Below, piece after piece: positions 1 to 10,584 of a DNA stretch of 64,000 bases. A program made the translations under genes and the position numbers. The stretch is taken from contig JAHFKJ010000004.1 in NCBI GenBank assembly GCA_023245415.1, forward strand, positions 2,798-66,797, in the 5' to 3' direction. The notes beneath the pieces were generated by a model, which was not told the origin of the DNA, did not search any database, and saw nothing but the letters and a program-made list of their open reading frames with translations. The DNA is from Candidatus Gottesmanbacteria bacterium (GTDB taxonomy: Bacteria > Patescibacteriota > Microgenomatia > UBA10105). Numbering within the stretch: the first letter of the stretch is position 1; each line of letters begins with the position of its first letter.

Positions 1-525
1 GACATAAGCAAAAAATGTCGCGATACCTACTACTGTCGCAGCCACAAAACCTAAAAGCAGTCCGATAAAATTCTGCATAAATGCTGAGAAAAGGGAGACA
101 CTGGCGGTAAACAAGGCAATTTCAAATCCTTCGCGGATAACCAAAAACACAATGGTCAAAAAGAGCGACATATCAAATTCTTCCTGCTGCAATTTTTGAT
201 GCGCTTTAATGAGCATCTCACCCCGGCCGCGGCGCATCACGTGGTGCAGAGAAAACACGACATAGGCGATAAATAATCCTGAAAAAATGAGCAAGTAACT
301 TTCCAAAAAATCAGCGTTTTGCTCAGTTAAGATAGTGCGCGCGTGATCTCCAAACACATATGTGCCAAAGGCAAGTAAGAGCGAAAAGATGATTCCAATT
401 GTCGCCGCCAGGTAAATTTCCACCTCTTTCTTAAGTTTAAGTTTCCTGGATATCCCTAAAAATACCCCCACAATCAGGAATGCTTCCATAAATTCCCGAA
501 AGGCGATGATAGCGGTCGTTAACAT
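1..525 (-). CDS. FTR1-family high-affinity iron permease (EfeU-like), N-terminal part; gene continues beyond window start
   Basis: Unlisted partial ORF with ATG at 525-523 on minus strand, open to position 1. Translation MLTTAIIAFREFMEAFLIVGVF...REGFEIALFTASV carries two RExxE motifs in hydrophobic segments, the hallmark of FTR1/EfeU permeases. Confidence 0.6.
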   Translation of the reverse strand, partial: MLTTAIIAFREFMEAFLIVGVFLGISRKLKLKKEVEIYLAATIGIIFSLLLAFGTYVFGDHARTILTEQNADFLESYLLIFSGLFIAYVVFSLHHVMRRGRGEMLIKAHQKLQQEEFDMSLFLTIVFLVIREGFEIALFTASVSLFSAFMQNFIGLLLGFVAATVVGIATFFAYV

Positions 526-685
526 TATTGTTCCTTTCCCACTAAAAAACCACCATACATATGGTGGCTATATTTTAAAAATAAGAGCGGGTGCGACCCT
601 AGCAATATTACGAGCACCCTTTATGTAAAAAACAGTGTCATAAGTAATCGTGTGAATATCTACTCTTCTTATACCCTATTCCGAC

Positions 686-2617
686 TTATCCCGTCAAGAG
701 AGTAAATCCCACGATTCCCAGCAACACCAAAAACGGTGCACAGTAGACTAAATTGAGCCAAAAAGCCGGATTGGTGAGAGGCTCAATCACCTTTGACAAC
801 ATCCAGGAAATTCCAGCAATCGGCTTCGTAAACAGAGTTTTTTTATCCGGAAAATAGACAACGATGAAATCTCCTTCAGTATTGACGAGTTGAATTTCCT
901 CAGTGGGGCTGACCTTGTTTAACTCAAATTCAATGGTGTATTCTTTTCCTTTCGAGTCAAGTTGCACCGGAAAACCAAACGGGTGGTATGAACTATCAAG
1001 AATTTGATAGACTTCATAAGTACTTTTTGCGATTTCCTCACCCTGCTCATTTCGCAACCGAACGGCCAGATTCGACTCTACATATTCCGTATTAGGAACA
1101 CCCGAAATTGGTTTTTTACGGACATGAAACTGAATCATGCCCAAGTTATTTACTTTCGCGGTGAATTTTTTTTGTAGGGGTTGACCGGTGATATTTTCAA
1201 TTTGCTTTTGGTTCATATTAAAACGTTGAGCAATAGTAAAAACAGCCAGAGGCGGTTTATAGGCAATGTAGAGTAAAACGAACACCGTTATGGTAAAGGT
1301 TGCAACTAGTCTTAGGGGCGAAAATAATCTCTCTTTCACTTTAATATCATTTAATTTCTTGGTCGCTGTTGTTTTTCGCTGTCTAAAATAGGCAGCTTCA
1401 AAAGAGTGATAGATAAGCCAAGAAAGGACCAGAGATAAAGCAAAAACAGTGATGGTTAAGACGAATGCGCTTATTGGATCATCATGCGAAATAAACTTTT
1501 CGGCAATTCCAATAATAAATGAGTGGGTCAAAAAAAGAGCGTAACTGTACGTGCCAAAAAATACTAAAACCGGCGATCCAAAAAATTTACTACTCAATGT
1601 ATCTGTATCAAGTATTGTCAACAGTAGTAATGCCAAGGGAACGACCCAGATCAACTGATAGTACGGATCAAAGCTTTTCGGAAATATATCCCGGCCAAAT
1701 TCAAGACCAAAAATGATGGTAAACATGATGACAAACCAACTGGCGTGAACAATAAATTTTTTAAATGGCGTCAAAATATGCAAGAAAAACCCAGTTTCAC
1801 TCCCAATGATCACTCCAGTTACAAAATACAACATGTAATGAATTTTGATAATTTCAAAACCTAAGATACGTTCGCCTATCAAATATAGCCCCATAAAAAA
1901 CGGAAAAATGGCTATATAAATGAGTAGGTTTAACCACTTCGATATTCGGGCGCGAACCAGATTAAGAAGCGGAATAACAATAACGGGATACAAAAGATAA
2001 AAAAACATTTCTGCGGTAAGCGCCCAATATACACCATCCATTTGGCCAATATATTTTCCAAAAGATAGTGTGAGCGTCGCATTTATGAGGCCGGAAATAA
2101 GCGTACGCAGCTGCGGATTCCACAACTGCAGAAAAACCGCTGGTGGTACGCGTTGTAAAACAAACGCATACCAAAGAGCAACGCCGAGTTGAAACAACAG
2201 CCAGCCGGGTAAAACCCAGCGTTTCAACCGAGAATGATCCAACAAATTCCAGACTATGCGGGCTGCCAAAATATCGAAGACGACGATGCACAGTGCAATA
2301 AACGGCGATACTTTCCCAAACAACAAAGTAATGGTAAAACTTATGACCATGATCAAAAATGCCGGAAACAGACGCAAATATCTGCGCGTTATAAATGAAA
2401 TAAATTGTGGATTTGGGTAGAGCTTGCCCATGAAAAAGCCGGTCAGCATGAAGAAAATAAAAACGCTAATCGGGCCGGTCCCAAGCAATATATCAAGTAA
2501 AAAATGCGCGCTGCGGGGAATAACGCTGTACCAAATACTCAAGGGTAAATGTGTAAAAATGACAAAGATGATAGCTAGTCCGCGTAAACCATCAAGTGAT
2601 GTGAGCCGCTGTTTCAT
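686..2617 (-). CDS. acyltransferase family 3 (OafA/YrhL-like) membrane protein with extra C-terminal domain
   Basis: 643 aa. N-terminus LDGLRGLAIIFVIFTHL is the typical acyltransferase_3 start; ~10 TM segments; ~250 aa soluble C-terminal extension. Confidence 0.7.
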   Translation of the reverse strand: MKQRLTSLDGLRGLAIIFVIFTHLPLSIWYSVIPRSAHFLLDILLGTGPISVFIFFMLTGFFMGKLYPNPQFISFITRRYLRLFPAFLIMVISFTITLLFGKVSPFIALCIVVFDILAARIVWNLLDHSRLKRWVLPGWLLFQLGVALWYAFVLQRVPPAVFLQLWNPQLRTLISGLINATLTLSFGKYIGQMDGVYWALTAEMFFYLLYPVIVIPLLNLVRARISKWLNLLIYIAIFPFFMGLYLIGERILGFEIIKIHYMLYFVTGVIIGSETGFFLHILTPFKKFIVHASWFVIMFTIIFGLEFGRDIFPKSFDPYYQLIWVVPLALLLLTILDTDTLSSKFFGSPVLVFFGTYSYALFLTHSFIIGIAEKFISHDDPISAFVLTITVFALSLVLSWLIYHSFEAAYFRQRKTTATKKLNDIKVKERLFSPLRLVATFTITVFVLLYIAYKPPLAVFTIAQRFNMNQKQIENITGQPLQKKFTAKVNNLGMIQFHVRKKPISGVPNTEYVESNLAVRLRNEQGEEIAKSTYEVYQILDSSYHPFGFPVQLDSKGKEYTIEFELNKVSPTEEIQLVNTEGDFIVVYFPDKKTLFTKPIAGISWMLSKVIEPLTNPAFWLNLVYCAPFLVLLGIVGFTLLTG

Positions 2618-2718
2618 AGTTTAGTAAACTACTAGTATAATGGATTATGTCGAGATGAATTTAAGAGAATATTTCAATTTTTCCTTGCTGAAAGTTTGAC
2701 CCCACGTATAGAATTTTT

Positions 2719-3552
2719 TTAAATCTGAAAAAAATCGTCCAACTCTCGTGCGTATTCTTTTATCTCCCCGTCTGGAATTGTTGGACTCGCATGTAAGTTT
2801 ACATACCCAGACGTATGAACGATGAACCATAATTCTCCGAATCTTGCAAAATATGTTGATTTTTTTTCTTTAGGGCTTTGCCCAAATTTTTTCATACCGG
2901 AAGGAAAATAAAGCATTTTACTATCAAAAAGACATCCTCGTTTTAAACTGCCAGTTGGTCGAATAAATAATGCCACATGAACTGGAGACCCAATAAAAAC
3001 TAATTTATCTTCCGGAATACCTCCAACGAACCCAGCTAAAGCGGCTGCTAACGTAGCTTCTTCTGCACATTGGAGCGGTGGTAAACCTTTGAAAGAATCT
3101 TGTAGCACCAGACTTTCTTCAAGAGAACCATTTTTACTCCCAACAAGTCGATTAAGGTTCCAATCTATTTGCCATTGCAATCCAACGTCAATCAAGTTAC
3201 GTGCCGAACAAGCTGCATAAACACTGTTAAAAGTGTCACTAATCAATTCAAGCGTATAAGGAACATTAGTAAAATTCAGGTATCCATAAAGCCCGGCTCT
3301 TTCTATGTGAGTCATATGGTGGGTACTATCGTGCAAATACTGCTGAACTGATGTGAGTCGGGTCTTAAGTCCAGCGGTTGGACTACTTTTCTGTAATAGT
3401 TTTTGTGCAAGTTCTTGCACATAAGTATTCGCTGTTTGCATCTGATACAGTTGCTTTATCCACGGCGGATGCGCGCCGAAATCTAAATAATGCAAACTGT
3501 GATCTGGGTATGGGTATGTTTTTACGGGTAATCTTTCTGTCACATAGAGCAT
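2719..3552 (-). CDS. hypothetical protein
   Basis: 277 aa ORF with no motif I can assign; compositionally coding-like. Confidence 0.4.
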   Translation of the reverse strand: MLYVTERLPVKTYPYPDHSLHYLDFGAHPPWIKQLYQMQTANTYVQELAQKLLQKSSPTAGLKTRLTSVQQYLHDSTHHMTHIERAGLYGYLNFTNVPYTLELISDTFNSVYAACSARNLIDVGLQWQIDWNLNRLVGSKNGSLEESLVLQDSFKGLPPLQCAEEATLAAALAGFVGGIPEDKLVFIGSPVHVALFIRPTGSLKRGCLFDSKMLYFPSGMKKFGQSPKEKKSTYFARFGELWFIVHTSGYVNLHASPTIPDGEIKEYARELDDFFQI

Positions 3553-4185
3553 TATATATTAGTATTTGCACTTTAGACGGCACGAAATCACTCAACACAA
3601 TCGGATTTATTGGTCATATAATTACCATATGAATGAAACTGTTTTTGATGAAATCACATCCACACGAAAAAGTGTTTTAATAGTTGGTCGCACAGGTTTC
3701 ATAAGGAGGAAAAACAAGACATGGTAATAATCTAGCTTTCTATACAACCACAAATGAGCGAGAAATTGACCCTGAGATTCTCAAAAAACTTTTTTCAGGC
3801 AAGACGCCAATTAATTTACCATCGCCAAAAGAACTTAAAATTGATGACAAAACCCAATCTGTGAAAGTAGATCACATTGATCAGTTGATTGGACATGATG
3901 TTTACGTTGATTCTCATCAGAACCCCTTTCTCTTGATTCCAATAGAAGAAGTTTATCTGGCAAAACTAAATTAACAATATTCGCTTCCACAATCGACTTT
4001 TATAGAGTCTGATGGCATTCAAACTGAAGTTAAGATCAAATATATGCCGATAAAAAAGAACTTGCGTCCATGCTTGAATTACTGAATGCTCCATACATTA
4101 ATGGAAAAGCATATATTGGCCCGATTTTAGGAACACTGATCGGATCATATATCGAAGCGGTAAAAAAGGTGAAAATCCTGATAGT

Positions 4186-4464
4186 GTGACATACAAGCTT
4201 CAAGAACAAATATTAAAAGAACATTTTACTCCGTTTCCACAAGGTTTCGAATCGAAGAGCGATGTGAGTGATAACGGTAGACTTACCTTTCATCAAAGTA
4301 ATTTTTTTACTTCTCTTTTGCCTCAATTTAAAGAATATACGGATAAAGCATTGAGCCTGCTGCAAGGCGTATCAGGAATAGAAGTACTATCAACTGAGGT
4401 GCCTGCAACTACCTCGGTTTATTTCAAAGCAGGATTGAAGTGTAAAATTAACTTTATTAGTTAA
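4186..4464 (+). CDS. hypothetical small protein
   Basis: 92 aa ORF in an otherwise fragmented region (3.7-4.5 kb). Confidence 0.25.
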   Translation: MTYKLQEQILKEHFTPFPQGFESKSDVSDNGRLTFHQSNFFTSLLPQFKEYTDKALSLLQGVSGIEVLSTEVPATTSVYFKAGLKCKINFIS

Positions 4465-4578
4465 CCTAAGTTACGAAATTAAACATGACGTTTCGGTTCA
4501 TCCCGACAAATATAGCCAAGGATGTATCAAGACGGTACGTCCAGAATCGTATGACACACCCCGGGGGTGGGTTTGTTG

Positions 4579-6534
4579 TTAGTTTGACCGGATGCAGTAA
4601 TTGTAGTCAGGAGATGGCGGAGTAATATTGCTGCAGGCAGAAGTGGAATGCAGTATGGTATCCTGGTCACTCGAATTTTCAAGCTGAGCCCAAAGGATAA
4701 AATTCGTGCGATCTGGCGGGACGACATAGCAATAAACATGTTTTTTGTTACCGCAAGTGGTGGAAATACCAGGTGGCTGCACTCCTCCAGGCAGACTTGG
4801 TTCAGGAGAAGATCCTGACACAGGAGATGGACTAACTTCAGGCATTATAACTTCACACTTATCAGTGACTGTCTGCTGGATAGTATTAATTGTTAAGGAA
4901 ACTGCATTAGTAGTAAATGTTCGCGCCACTACGGCCAGAGATAAATCCTGAACCGGAGTTGTATCAGATGAAACTGAGAGCGTAATATTAATCATATCTG
5001 AACAGTTATCTAAATTCCCATTTGCATCTGTATTAAGGACGAACGCATCATATGAATCCAGTAAACCGGTGTTATTATTCAAAGTGTGATTGCCTGCAGC
5101 CAAAATATGGCCGTTGGGAGTTACGATAACTGATCTAATTTCACCGGTCAAACTAATAGCTTTTCCCCAGATTAGATCACCTTGGTTGTTTAACTTTACT
5201 ATGGCTGGATTGACTCCATTTGCACCGGCTAAAATTACTCCGTCACTAGCACTTGAAAGTACCTCACTAAGTCCTCCTGCACCAAAGAGACCGCTTTCAT
5301 TAATCTTTACAATTTTCGACCAGAGTAAATTACCGCTTAAATCAAATTTAACTATCTGTTTATCATAACCCGAACCGTTATTATAAAGGCCGCCTATGAT
5401 AAAACCATCGCTCAAACTTATTACCGATGGTTCTATTTGAGCTCCCTGTTGAGGTAATAGTTTTGCCCAGACAATATTGCCAGAATCGTCAAATTTCATA
5501 ACTGCAAAATCATTAACGGTACCCGTACTTGCGCTTAATGAAGAAATCGCATGAATTCCGGCTATAATACCGCCGTCAGATGTTTGTGCAAGACTATTTA
5601 TGGATTCTTGTACAGGACTATCAGCTGTTTTAACCCAGACCTGATTTCCAAAACTATCAAATTTTGACAGCAAGGCAGCCCCTCTTGCGACATTATAGGC
5701 AGTGGTTTGCCCACCTATGACAAATCCTCCGTCATTCGTTGCTATCACTGTACTTGCTCTATCACCAGTACAGCTGTAATTCCCTGTGGTTTTTGACCAA
5801 ATTAAATTACCCAGGTTATCTAACTTAGCTATAAATATACCATAGGAACAGATCAATGAACTGCTTAATCCCCCTACCACCACATATCCGCCATCTGTTG
5901 TTTGGGCTATACCTGGGACAGTCAAATACCCGGTTGCATAATCTAAAGTTTTGGACCAAATGACCTTCCCCGCAGCAGTAAACTTGGTAATTAAAAATCT
6001 ACTTTTATGAATACCATAAGAATTGGTTTCATTAATGGTTATAAAACCGCCATCTGAAGTGGGTTTGATTTTATTGCGTGTTTCCTGTTGATCTCCTCCA
6101 TAAAACTTCAAAAAACCAATACTGCCAGTTTCTGTGGCCTTTGCCAAAGAAATAATATTCTGTGGTCTCTCCAAAATCAAGATGGCAGTCATTTTTTCAT
6201 TTAGATTAGCTTGACGCGGATCTTTAGGTTGGGTCCGTAAATATTGATCTAATAATCCCGGTATCCAATTTATACCGCTGTCTGAACTAAACTCTGTAGC
6301 TGTTGAAATCGCGGGTAGCGGTGGAAATGCTCCATGATCCAGGTAATAAACTATCAGCGCGTTGTGTATCCCTTGCAAATTACTCTTACGAACCGCGTCA
6401 TAACCTTTGGCAATTTGAGTATTGACGCGTATTAAAACTGCTATTGCAAGTAAACCCAGTAGCGTGAGTACGATGAGAATCTCGATTAATGTAAACCCTT
6501 GAAGACTATATCGACTGGTTTTATAAAGTTTCAT
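4579..6534 (-). CDS. type IV pilin-like protein (prepilin N-terminus) with beta-propeller-like repeat domain and Pro/Ser-rich C-terminus
   Basis: N-terminus MKLYKTSRYSLQG/FTLIEILIVLTLLG is a class III prepilin leader plus hydrophobic helix. At least 6 copies of a ~45 aa repeat share a G(N/K)xxW(S/A)K motif after D/N-rich segments (GKVIWSKT, GNLIWSKT, GNQVWVKT, GNIVWAKL, GNLLWSKI, GDLIWGKA). Likely start at second Met (6534), not 6549. Confidence 0.7.
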   Translation of the reverse strand: MKLYKTSRYSLQGFTLIEILIVLTLLGLLAIAVLIRVNTQIAKGYDAVRKSNLQGIHNALIVYYLDHGAFPPLPAISTATEFSSDSGINWIPGLLDQYLRTQPKDPRQANLNEKMTAILILERPQNIISLAKATETGSIGFLKFYGGDQQETRNKIKPTSDGGFITINETNSYGIHKSRFLITKFTAAGKVIWSKTLDYATGYLTVPGIAQTTDGGYVVVGGLSSSLICSYGIFIAKLDNLGNLIWSKTTGNYSCTGDRASTVIATNDGGFVIGGQTTAYNVARGAALLSKFDSFGNQVWVKTADSPVQESINSLAQTSDGGIIAGIHAISSLSASTGTVNDFAVMKFDDSGNIVWAKLLPQQGAQIEPSVISLSDGFIIGGLYNNGSGYDKQIVKFDLSGNLLWSKIVKINESGLFGAGGLSEVLSSASDGVILAGANGVNPAIVKLNNQGDLIWGKAISLTGEIRSVIVTPNGHILAAGNHTLNNNTGLLDSYDAFVLNTDANGNLDNCSDMINITLSVSSDTTPVQDLSLAVVARTFTTNAVSLTINTIQQTVTDKCEVIMPEVSPSPVSGSSPEPSLPGGVQPPGISTTCGNKKHVYCYVVPPDRTNFILWAQLENSSDQDTILHSTSACSNITPPSPDYNYCIRSN

Positions 6535-6824
6535 TTTCAAAAATTGCAATATTTTTACTGCATATTTTTGGCTATTTCATGTAATTAGAGTACCATAAAA
6601 AAAGTACTTATGTACAGGTAAAGATGGAAAAATGCTTCTCATGCTCTTAGTACTCTGATGTATAGAATATTTTGTTGAGCTAAAAGAAGAAAAACAGCAG
6701 GAATCACCACAAATCTAACTTTTTTCATGCGTTCAAGTATAGCAAATGTTTAATTTCACTTTTAGAAGGCTCTAGACTAGAATAATATAATCCGGAATAA
6801 CTGACAATATTATATAATAATTGC

Positions 6825-7553
6825 ATGCTTCCAAAATACCTGAATTTTCTAGAAAAACCATCAGAGCAGGAATTTTTTACAAGATTTTCTGCAATTTATA
6901 GCAGAGACAATAACGGCAATGCTGTCGCAATAGAATTAGAGTCTAATAGGTTGTTTAATAAGCTAATAAACAAATTACGTAAAGATGAATTATTTTTCTG
7001 CGATAAAATTCTAATCGGAGAAACCCTGGAAACAGCAATTACAAGATCATTACGCAGCGAACTTGGATTAGAGCTTGTTGATTATTACTTATCAGTATTT
7101 GACCGTGACGTGATAAAAAATAAGAAAGGTATCCCGGTAACGAGATTTTCTGTATTCACATATGTTGACTATGTGAAATTAAAAAATATTGTTATTGCAG
7201 GATACAAAGTTAAGTGGATTGAGAGATTGGATGCTCTAAAATGGTTGAGAGAAACCTATTTAACTACCTTTGGAAAAAGTTCATCGATAAAAAAGGATGG
7301 TATCTTGTCTTTTGTAAAAGATCTGTATACAGCAGGTGCGATTGATATCAATATCTATGAATTATACCGTGAAGAGGAAGCAACAATAGACAATCCACTC
7401 AAACCAGATTATTTAGATATAAGATTGCCAAAAAACAAATCAATGAGAAAAACAATTTTCAGTATATTCAATAAAGGGATTCTGAATTTAACATCAACAC
7501 GTAAAGAAGAAGTAGACTCAGATCAGAAAACTATTCAATATTATTGGAATTAA
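6825..7553 (+). CDS. hypothetical protein (weak, degenerate Nudix-box-like stretch GETLETAITRSLRSELGLE)
   Basis: 242 aa ORF; only a partial Nudix-box resemblance, not conclusive. Confidence 0.35.
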   Translation: MLPKYLNFLEKPSEQEFFTRFSAIYSRDNNGNAVAIELESNRLFNKLINKLRKDELFFCDKILIGETLETAITRSLRSELGLELVDYYLSVFDRDVIKNKKGIPVTRFSVFTYVDYVKLKNIVIAGYKVKWIERLDALKWLRETYLTTFGKSSSIKKDGILSFVKDLYTAGAIDINIYELYREEEATIDNPLKPDYLDIRLPKNKSMRKTIFSIFNKGILNLTSTRKEEVDSDQKTIQYYWN

Positions 7554-7599
7554 GTCGATTTAAGCATCAAAATATGCTATCAAAATAGTCTCAATCGAC

Positions 7600-8097
7600 T
7601 TACTGATGAGAGTATTTGAATCTCCTAATAATCGATTTTTGGTCTGGAGGAAATTTCGCTACTAAATCTTTGATCGCACGTTTTTGAACAGGGTGAATAT
7701 AATTTGGATTTAACTCGTGAAGCGGAATGAGCACGAAATCCCGCTCATGTAAGCGTGAATGTGGAATTTCAAGACTTTCGTTGGCAACAACTAGATCGTC
7801 GTAAAAAAGTATATCGATATCTGTTTCGCGCGGTCCCCAGTGAAAACGTGGAGTTCTGCCAATTCTTTTCTCGATATCTTTGATAAAAACAAGTAGTTCA
7901 TCCGGCGTTAATTTGGTTTATCCCCAAACAACGGTATTGAGAAAATTAGCCTGATTGGTATATCCCACTGCTTTTGATTCATAGATGGAGGCTTTTTGCA
8001 GACGCGGCACTTTTTTAGAAAGAAGTTTGATTGCAGTTTTTATATACTTCTCTCTATTACCAACATTTGATCCCAAGCCTAAAAAAATACTCTTCAT
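7600..8097 (-). pseudogene. folK: folK, 6-hydroxymethyl-7,8-dihydropterin pyrophosphokinase (HPPK), interrupted by an in-frame TAA at 7918-7920
   Basis: ATG at 8097 overlaps the folP TGA as ATGA. N-terminal 59 codons MKSIFLGLGSNVGNREKY...ANFLNTVVWG, then TAA, then 105 in-frame codons TKLTPDELLVFIKDIEKRIGRTPRFHWGPRETDIDILFYDD...; together they align over the full HPPK length (E. coli ...YLNAAVALETSLAPEELL...RWGPRTLDLDIMLF). Confidence 0.6.
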
Positions 8098-8921
8098 ATC
8101 AATTCTTCAAAAACTGAAATAAACTTTTTTGTTTGCAACACATCATGAGTTCTTATGTACGTTGCTCCATTGATAAGGGCAATCGCCGTTTCTGCTAACG
8201 TTGTTTCAAGTCGCTCTAAAGGCGGCACGATTTCCGGCAAATTAAGTTTTACTTTCAAAATCATCCCCAAATGGCTTTTTCGAGAAAGTCCGACCATAAC
8301 CGGACAGTTTAATTTTTGGAATTGACGCAGTTCTTTTATGATGGTTATATTTTGTTGAACTGTTTTTCCAAACCCGATCCCCGGATCTAGAATAAACTGA
8401 CTTTTCTGAATGCCTTTTTTTACGCCTTGTGACATTTGACCCTGGAAAAATTCACCGATATCACCGACTACATTTTTATACTTAATTTCTCCCTTCTGCA
8501 TGGTCCGGGACTTACCTTTAATGTGGTAGATAATAAATTTGCAGTTAAACTTTTTGACAACATCTGCCATTTTAGGATCAAACAACAGCCCTCCTAAGCT
8601 ATTGACCATAGTTACCCCGCGTTCAAGTGCGTTTTGGGCAACAACTGCTTTATTGGTATCGACTGAGATAGTGACTGAGTTTCCGATTTCTTTTCTAATC
8701 GCGTCGATCACGGGAATTACTCGTACCAACTCTTCTTGGGCCGAAACTCCCGTTGAGCCCGGACGTGTCGAATCTCCACCGACATCAATAATGTCTGCCC
8801 CTTCACGCACCATCTCTTTCGCTTGAGCCACTGCTTTATCTATATTTTGATAGTAGATACCGCCATCAGAAAATGAATCGGGGGTAACATTCAAAATACC
8901 CATAAGAAATACTTTTTTCAT
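8094..8921 (-). CDS. folP: dihydropteroate synthase
   Basis: 275 aa; MKKVFLMGILNVTPDSFSDGG... is the classic DHPS N-terminus; pterin-binding domain throughout. Confidence 0.9.
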   Translation of the reverse strand: MKKVFLMGILNVTPDSFSDGGIYYQNIDKAVAQAKEMVREGADIIDVGGDSTRPGSTGVSAQEELVRVIPVIDAIRKEIGNSVTISVDTNKAVVAQNALERGVTMVNSLGGLLFDPKMADVVKKFNCKFIIYHIKGKSRTMQKGEIKYKNVVGDIGEFFQGQMSQGVKKGIQKSQFILDPGIGFGKTVQQNITIIKELRQFQKLNCPVMVGLSRKSHLGMILKVKLNLPEIVPPLERLETTLAETAIALINGATYIRTHDVLQTKKFISVFEELI

Positions 8922-9072
8922 GCGTTAAAGCATAGCAAACACTGTAATCGCGTACATTGTAAAAAATGCAAGTTGTGTGCACACTCTCCAGTATAAAATT
9001 TTGCTTTGATAGGCTCTACGGGCTTTTATATCCAGTATTACCGCCGACACTAAACTTATCTATCTATCCCGG

Positions 9073-9321
9073 TTGTACATTGCGCTCATGGATGAAACAA
9101 ATCACACGTTTTGGCTTGCAGATGCAGTTGCAGAAATTGCCGAATACCGACACTCTATCCTTATGAAATTTATAGCAATGTTAGAACGAATTTTCATAGT
9201 TTCGCGTGTATCACCCCGAGGAAAAACTAAACAATTATTAAAAGATTATGATCTTAGGGACGAACAAGAAGCAAGAGAAAGACTCCCCGGTAAATGTGCT
9301 GAGTGTCATTTTGGGGGATAA
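9073..9321 (+). CDS. hypothetical small protein (C-terminal CxxCH)
   Basis: 82 aa ORF; no assignable family. Confidence 0.25.
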   Translation: MYIALMDETNHTFWLADAVAEIAEYRHSILMKFIAMLERIFIVSRVSPRGKTKQLLKDYDLRDEQEARERLPGKCAECHFGG

Positions 9322-9395
9322 TCACAGAAAACAGAAGGTTGTGCGATTTTGTCTGTTTAGTATTATTGAGGAAATCTTATTCATTGCTTGATTTT

Positions 9396-9665
9396 TTAGG
9401 ACTTAGTTAGCTGAAGCTTTTCCATCAACCACATCCGGGCAAGCGTCGAAACATTGAGCCCTTTATTGCGAGCTACCTTTTCTAATCTATCCTTAATCTC
9501 CTTTTGGACACGCAAGATGAGCGTTTCGTCTCTGGGTTTGTCAAGTTCGAAAACGATATCAACTTCTTTTGTCTCATCTTCAAAGTCAGTAACATTATGG
9601 GTATCCCAAAACTTGGCTTCATCAGTGTAATTTTTAAATTTAGGAATTCTACTTTTCTTTTTCAT
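9396..9665 (-). CDS. brnA: BrnA-family antitoxin (RHH C-terminus)
   Basis: 89 aa; FWDTHNVTDFED motif typical of BrnA; C-terminal ribbon-helix-helix-like segment; located immediately downstream of brnT as in known BrnTA operons. Confidence 0.75.
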   Translation of the reverse strand: MKKKSRIPKFKNYTDEAKFWDTHNVTDFEDETKEVDIVFELDKPRDETLILRVQKEIKDRLEKVARNKGLNVSTLARMWLMEKLQLTKS

Positions 9666-9924
9666 TTAAATCTCTCCTTTCCTTTTTACTCGCATCTCTT
9701 GCGGTAACTAAATAATATTTCCCCATTGTTTCTTTTCTAAATACCATTGTAATAATCCTTGAACCAACTCTTCCCACTACTAGATATCTTCCTGTATGAG
9801 TTTTCCTATGATAAAGAAAGTCTTTTCCGATTTTCTCGACCTCAACTCTAGTAACATTATGTTTTTTAATATGCTCAAGATTAGTCTCATCAAAGACCAA
9901 AAAACGAATAACGATCTTAGTCAT
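9649..9924 (-). CDS. brnT: BrnT-family toxin (DUF497 ribonuclease toxin)
   Basis: 91 aa; FLVFDETNLEHIKKHNVTRVEVEKI matches the BrnT F-WD-x-K-N-x-KHGV-F-E motif; overlaps the downstream antitoxin gene by 17 nt. Confidence 0.75.
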   Translation of the reverse strand: MTKIVIRFLVFDETNLEHIKKHNVTRVEVEKIGKDFLYHRKTHTGRYLVVGRVGSRIITMVFRKETMGKYYLVTARDASKKERRDLNEKEK

Positions 9925-9957
9925 ATTGTATTATACTGTATTACTAATGCCAAATAT

Positions 9958-10584
9958 TTAACTGTTTACATGTAGATCTACAAACTGTAATAAGCTTTCT
10001 TTTGCTTTATGCATAATCATTTCATAATGAAACGGGAGGGCGTTTTCAAAATCATATTTCAGCAATTTTTTACAGCTTACAAAACGCTCTTTTAAATCAC
10101 CATAAAAGTCACCAGCGCCTTTCAAGAAATCATTTATCTCACCATTGGGCAGTCCGCCAAACGTATCACCGGTAAATAATGCTTTAGAAGTTGATTCACA
10201 TACACAAATACTACCTGGTGTATGACCCGGAGTTAAAATCACTTCGAGGTTAGGAGCCAGTTTTGGCGGTCGAACAAATAATACATCAGGTCGCATCCGC
10301 AGCCACTCACTATTTTTATCAGCTTGATGCAGGTATACTTTGAGGCCAATCTTTTGCTGCCAAATTGTGCCGTCACTGATGCCACATGAACCATGACTAA
10401 GAAGTGCAAACATTGGCTTTTTGAAAGAAGATAAATATTTTTCAATCTCTTTGGAGTATGAAGGCAAATCAATCAGCACTAGCTTTTGCGCAGTATCAAC
10501 CACATAAGTACCAACTAATTCACTATAAAAATACTGATCCGCAAATCGGGATATTTTTGCATTAATCTTCTTTACTAATGTCAT
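9958..10584 (-). CDS. MBL-fold metallo-hydrolase
   Basis: 208 aa; LLSHGSCGISDG and TPGHTPGS motifs of the metallo-beta-lactamase fold. Confidence 0.7.
   Translation of the reverse strand: MTLVKKINAKISRFADQYFYSELVGTYVVDTAQKLVLIDLPSYSKEIEKYLSSFKKPMFALLSHGSCGISDGTIWQQKIGLKVYLHQADKNSEWLRMRPDVLFVRPPKLAPNLEVILTPGHTPGSICVCESTSKALFTGDTFGGLPNGEINDFLKGAGDFYGDLKERFVSCKKLLKYDFENALPFHYEMIMHKAKESLLQFVDLHVNS

Noticed and set aside
7918-7920. In-frame TAA in folK as evidence of stop-codon reassignment
   Set aside because: TAA terminates many well-supported genes in this window and TGA terminates folP, so the standard code applies; a point mutation or sequencing error is more parsimonious.
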